A stretch of 50,629 bases of DNA from Actinomycetota bacterium (lineage in GTDB: Bacteria > Actinomycetota > UBA4738 > HRBIN12): positions 1 through 50,629 of the forward strand of contig JBOGVO010000258.1 in assembly GCA_050692855.1 (NCBI GenBank). The letters are read 5' to 3'. How positions within the stretch are numbered: the stretch's first letter is position 1; the number at the start of each line of letters is the position of its first letter. The notes below the pieces were generated by a model. It made no database searches, was not told the DNA's origin, and saw only the letters and a program-made list of their open reading frames with translations. The translations under genes and the position numbers were made by a program. Of the stretch, positions 47,677-50,629 are shown one piece after another.

Positions 47677-48102
47677 TCAGTCGTCGAGGCCCCAACTCAC
47701 GACGCGGTCGATCCGCACCTCGACGATCACCGACGACCCTTCGATGATCGGCGCCCCAGACTCGTACTGGGGGAACTTCTCGTAGAGCAGCGTTCGATCG
47801 CGCTCGTACTCGAACCCTCCGTCGAGCAGGTAGGCCTGCCCGTGCGCGATCACCTGCTTCAGCTGCGACCAGTCCTCGTGGTACTCGTCGAACGACATCG
47901 CGACGTTCGGGTCGGCCTCGATGTTGCGCACCTTCTGCGTGTCGATCTCGGTCGCGAAGACGAGCCGGTTCAGGTCGAGCGCGGTCGAGATCGGCACCAC
48001 GTGTGGCAGGCCATCGGGATACGTGGTCGCGAGCGCGCACCGGCGCGCGACGTCGACGAAAGTAGCCTCGCGCCCGGTGAAGACCTGCCCGTCGATCGTC
48101 AT
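47677..48102 (-). CDS. Pyridoxamine 5'-phosphate oxidase-family (PPOX-class, possibly F420-dependent) protein
   Basis: 141 aa. CALATTYPDGLPHVVPIS...KVRNIEADPNVAMSFDEY shows a split-barrel PPOX-like pattern. Confidence 0.7.
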   Translation of the reverse strand: MTIDGQVFTGREATFVDVARRCALATTYPDGLPHVVPISTALDLNRLVFATEIDTQKVRNIEADPNVAMSFDEYHEDWSQLKQVIAHGQAYLLDGGFEYERDRTLLYEKFPQYESGAPIIEGSSVIVEVRIDRVVSWGLDD

Positions 48103-48115
48103 GGACGACGGCCGT

Positions 48116-50077
48116 TCATGCCTCGCCCACGGCGCCCGTCGATCGCTCGCGGATCTGGTCCACGATCTCGGCGTTGGCGAGCGTGGTCACGTCACCGAGC
48201 ACGTTGCCGCGGGCGACGTCCCGGAGCAGTCGCCGCATGATCTTGCCCGACCGGGTCTTGGGTAGGTCGGGCGTGAAGATGATGTCGTCGGGCTTCGCGA
48301 TCGGGCCGATCACCTTCGTGACGTGCTCCCGGAGCTCGGAGAGCATCGCCGCGTCCCCCTCGTAGCCGGACTTGAGCGTCACGAAGGCGACGATCCCCTC
48401 ACCCTTGATGTCGTGAGGTCTCGAGACGACCGCGGCCTCCGCGACCTTGTCGTCGTCGACCAGCGCCGACTCGATCTCGAACGTCGAGAGGCGGTGACCC
48501 GCCACGTTCATCACGTCGTCGATGCGCCCCAGCAGCCAGAAGTACCCCTCGTCGTCACGGCGGGCGCCGTCGCCGGCCACGTACACCTCGGGCCCGTACT
48601 GCGAGAAGTACGTCTGCACGTACCGATCGGGGTCACCCCAGATCGTGCGCGCGATCGCGGGCCAGGGGTGCGTCAACACGAGGTACCCGCCGTCCCCGAG
48701 GCCGACGCTCGCGCCGCGCTCGTCCACCACGTCGGCCTCGATGCCGGGGAACGGGAACGTCGCCGACCCGGGCTTGAGCGATGTGATGCCGGGCAGAGGC
48801 GTGATCATGATCGCGCCGGTCTCGGTCTGCCACCACGTGTCGACGAGCGGGCAACGCTCGGTGCCGATCACCTTCCAGTACCAGATCCACGCCTCAGGGT
48901 TGATGGGTTCGCCGACCGATCCGAGCAGGCGCAGCGACGAGAGATCGTGCTTGTCGACGGGCTCCGTTCCCCAGCGCATGAACGCACGGATCGCGGTCGG
49001 TGCCGTGTACAGGATCGTGACGCCGTACCGCTCGATGATGCTCCACCAACGATCCTTGTCCGGCCAGTCGGGGGCACCCTCGTACATGATGCCGGTGGTG
49101 TGGTTCGCGAGCGGTCCGTACACGATGTAGGAGTGCCCCGTGACCCAACCGCAATCGGCTGCGCACCAGAACACGTCGTCCTCGTGGAGGTCGAAGATCA
49201 TCCGGTGCGTGGCCGCCACCTGGGTCATGTACCCACCCGTCGTGTGCACGATGCCCTTGGGGCTCCCGGTGGTGCCGCTCGTGTACAGCAGGTAGAGCAG
49301 ATCCTCGGCCTCCATGGGCTCGGGCTCGCACTCGACGGGTTGGGCGGCGACGAGATCGTGGTACCAGAGGTCGCGGCCCTCGGTGAACGAGTGCTCGTTG
49401 TCGCACCGCTTGACCGTGACGACGTGCTCGATCGACGGGCAGTCGCGGACGGCCTCGTCGGCGTTGTCCTTGAGCGGCACGATCGCTCCTCGGCGCCATG
49501 CACCGTCGGCGGTGATCAGCACCTTCGCCTCGGCGTCGATGATGCGTTCGCGGAGCGATTCGGCGCTGAATCCACCGAACACCACCGAGTGGGGCGCGCC
49601 GATGCGGGCACAGGCGAGCATGGCGATGGGCAGCTCGGGCACCATGCCGAGGTAGATGTTCACGCGGTCGCCCTTGCCGACCCCGAGCGACCTCAACCCG
49701 TTCGCGAGCCGACAGACGTCGTCGAGCAGTTCGGCGTAGGTGATCGTGCGGGTGTCGCCCGGCTCGCCCTCCCAATGGAACGCCACCTTGTCGCCACCGC
49801 CGGCTTCCACATGCCGGTCGAGGCAGTTGTAGGAGGCGTTCAGCTGCCCCCCCTCGAACCACCGCACCCACGGCGGCGTCCAGTTCATGACCGTGTCCCA
49901 TCGCTTGAACCAGGTCAGCCGATCGGCCTGCTCGGCCCAGAACGCCTCGTGGTCGGCGGTGGCGCGCTCATACACGGACGCATCGGAGACGATCGCGCGC
50001 TCGGCGAAGGCAGGTGGTGGCTCGAAGACGCGCGATTCCGACAGGAGCGCCTCGATGTTCTGCTGGATGTCACTCAT
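48116..50077 (-). CDS. acs: Acetyl-CoA synthetase
   Basis: This is ORF 48116..50206 trimmed to ATG 50077, behind GGAGGA. Motifs: [21 protein letters not shown], the AMP-binding core, and a C-terminal [11 protein letters not shown]. Confidence 0.95.
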   Translation of the reverse strand: MSDIQQNIEALLSESRVFEPPPAFAERAIVSDASVYERATADHEAFWAEQADRLTWFKRWDTVMNWTPPWVRWFEGGQLNASYNCLDRHVEAGGGDKVAFHWEGEPGDTRTITYAELLDDVCRLANGLRSLGVGKGDRVNIYLGMVPELPIAMLACARIGAPHSVVFGGFSAESLRERIIDAEAKVLITADGAWRRGAIVPLKDNADEAVRDCPSIEHVVTVKRCDNEHSFTEGRDLWYHDLVAAQPVECEPEPMEAEDLLYLLYTSGTTGSPKGIVHTTGGYMTQVAATHRMIFDLHEDDVFWCAADCGWVTGHSYIVYGPLANHTTGIMYEGAPDWPDKDRWWSIIERYGVTILYTAPTAIRAFMRWGTEPVDKHDLSSLRLLGSVGEPINPEAWIWYWKVIGTERCPLVDTWWQTETGAIMITPLPGITSLKPGSATFPFPGIEADVVDERGASVGLGDGGYLVLTHPWPAIARTIWGDPDRYVQTYFSQYGPEVYVAGDGARRDDEGYFWLLGRIDDVMNVAGHRLSTFEIESALVDDDKVAEAAVVSRPHDIKGEGIVAFVTLKSGYEGDAAMLSELREHVTKVIGPIAKPDDIIFTPDLPKTRSGKIMRRLLRDVARGNVLGDVTTLANAEIVDQIRERSTGAVGEA

Positions 50078-50254
50078 CGGTCCTCCAGGATGCGGGGGCG
50101 TCGCGGCGGGCGAGCCAGCATCGTACGCGCGCGGCCCCGGCTGTGCGAGCCGAGGGGAGCCGTGTGTGGGGATGTGCTTGCACCGAGGGGTTCTCGGGGC
50201 CACCATCGGGCGCGAGGTTGCCCAGGGGCGGCCTCGAAGGAAAGGAGGCAGGCG

Positions 50255-50431
50255 ATGGCCGACGAAGGCTATTGCATGAAGTGCCGAACCAAGCGGGAGT
50301 TCGACGGGCAGGTCGTGACCCTGAAGAACGGCCGCCCGGCCGCCCAGGGCACGTGCCCGGTCTGCGGCACCAAGCTCACCAGGATCCTCGGCATGGACGC
50401 CGCGAAGGCCCGCGGCTGGACGCCTGCCTGA
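50255..50431 (+). CDS. Small zinc-ribbon protein (DUF5679-like)
   Basis: This is the tail of ORF 48323..50431 from ATG 50255, behind AAAGGAGG: [46 protein letters not shown]. It has CxxC...CxxC. Confidence 0.7.
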   Translation: MADEGYCMKCRTKREFDGQVVTLKNGRPAAQGTCPVCGTKLTRILGMDAAKARGWTPA

Positions 50432-50456
50432 TCGGCGACCGTCGTCGATCCGGGTC

Positions 50457-50629
50457 AGTTCAGGCGGGAGAGCAGCTGGTCGGTGGCGATCAGCGTGGGC
50501 CCAGAGGTGATGTCGCGGTGGCGGGCCACGAGGTCCGCCACCGTCGTCTCACGGAAGACCTGTTGCACCGCGCGGGCCACGTCGGCCCAGAACCCTTGTA
50601 GCCCACAGCGTGAGTCCTGGAAGCACGTG
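50457..50629 (-). CDS. Rrf2-family transcriptional regulator, C-terminal fragment (5' end outside the window)
   Basis: The reverse complement reads ...[57 protein letters not shown]. The Cys spacing and the following helix resemble Rrf2/IscR-type C-termini. Confidence 0.5.

Noticed and set aside
50014-50601. A 195-aa plus-strand ORF overlapping the acs start, the DUF5679 gene and the Rrf2 fragment.
   Set aside because: It is out of frame with the well-supported small zinc-ribbon gene (RBS AAAGGAGG) and antisense to two other genes. Its composition is Arg/Gly-rich.

Overview
This is a 50.6 kb window of very GC-rich DNA (about 70% by eye, not computed). Gene content and protein signatures look like the chromosomal backbone of an Actinomycetota-type bacterium. 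I support about 47 protein-coding genes, two of which look disrupted, plus a few regulatory sites, terminator hairpins and short tandem repeats. I found no rRNA, tRNA, CRISPR array, transposase, integrase, phage gene or recognisable defence gene. Most long ORFs in the track that lie antisense to these genes are high-GC shadow ORFs.

Gene content in order:
- A polyamine-type uptake and catabolism neighbourhood: flavin amine oxidase, PotD/B/C with a convergent PotA, an aldehyde dehydrogenase and a second orphan PotD-like binding protein.
- SDR, alpha/beta hydrolase and a CE4 deacetylase.
- DCC oxidoreductase and an AlkD-like protein.
- A TetR/MMPL pair.
- tdh-kbl.
- A PAS-GGDEF-EAL protein.
- A DEAD-box helicase and a transketolase.
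- A KamA-like aminomutase plus a C-N hydrolase.
- A block of MoaB-XdhC fusion, sulfatase (in-frame stop), phosphoesterase and an anchored protein, divergent from moaA.
- A TlpA-like thioredoxin.
- A PrmC-related methyltransferase divergent from an atypical GroES-fold protein.
- An ATP-grasp / C45 / YjbQ operon divergent from an RHH-like gene.
- NlpC/P60 and a thioesterase.
- A CIRCE-controlled stand-alone groEL.
- An S9 peptidase.
- acs-PPOX-YihY, a DUF5679 protein and a partial Rrf2 regulator.

The window looks mostly ordinary. The best candidate for an uncharacterised system is the ATP-grasp ligase / C45 Ntn-hydrolase / YjbQ operon with its divergent RHH-like gene and AT-rich control island (37.1-40.7 kb). 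The second is a KamA-family protein whose radical-SAM CxxxCxxC motif reads CxxxRxxC, paired with a nitrilase-superfamily hydrolase (26.5-28.9 kb). All functional calls come from motif recognition by eye. No database search was run.
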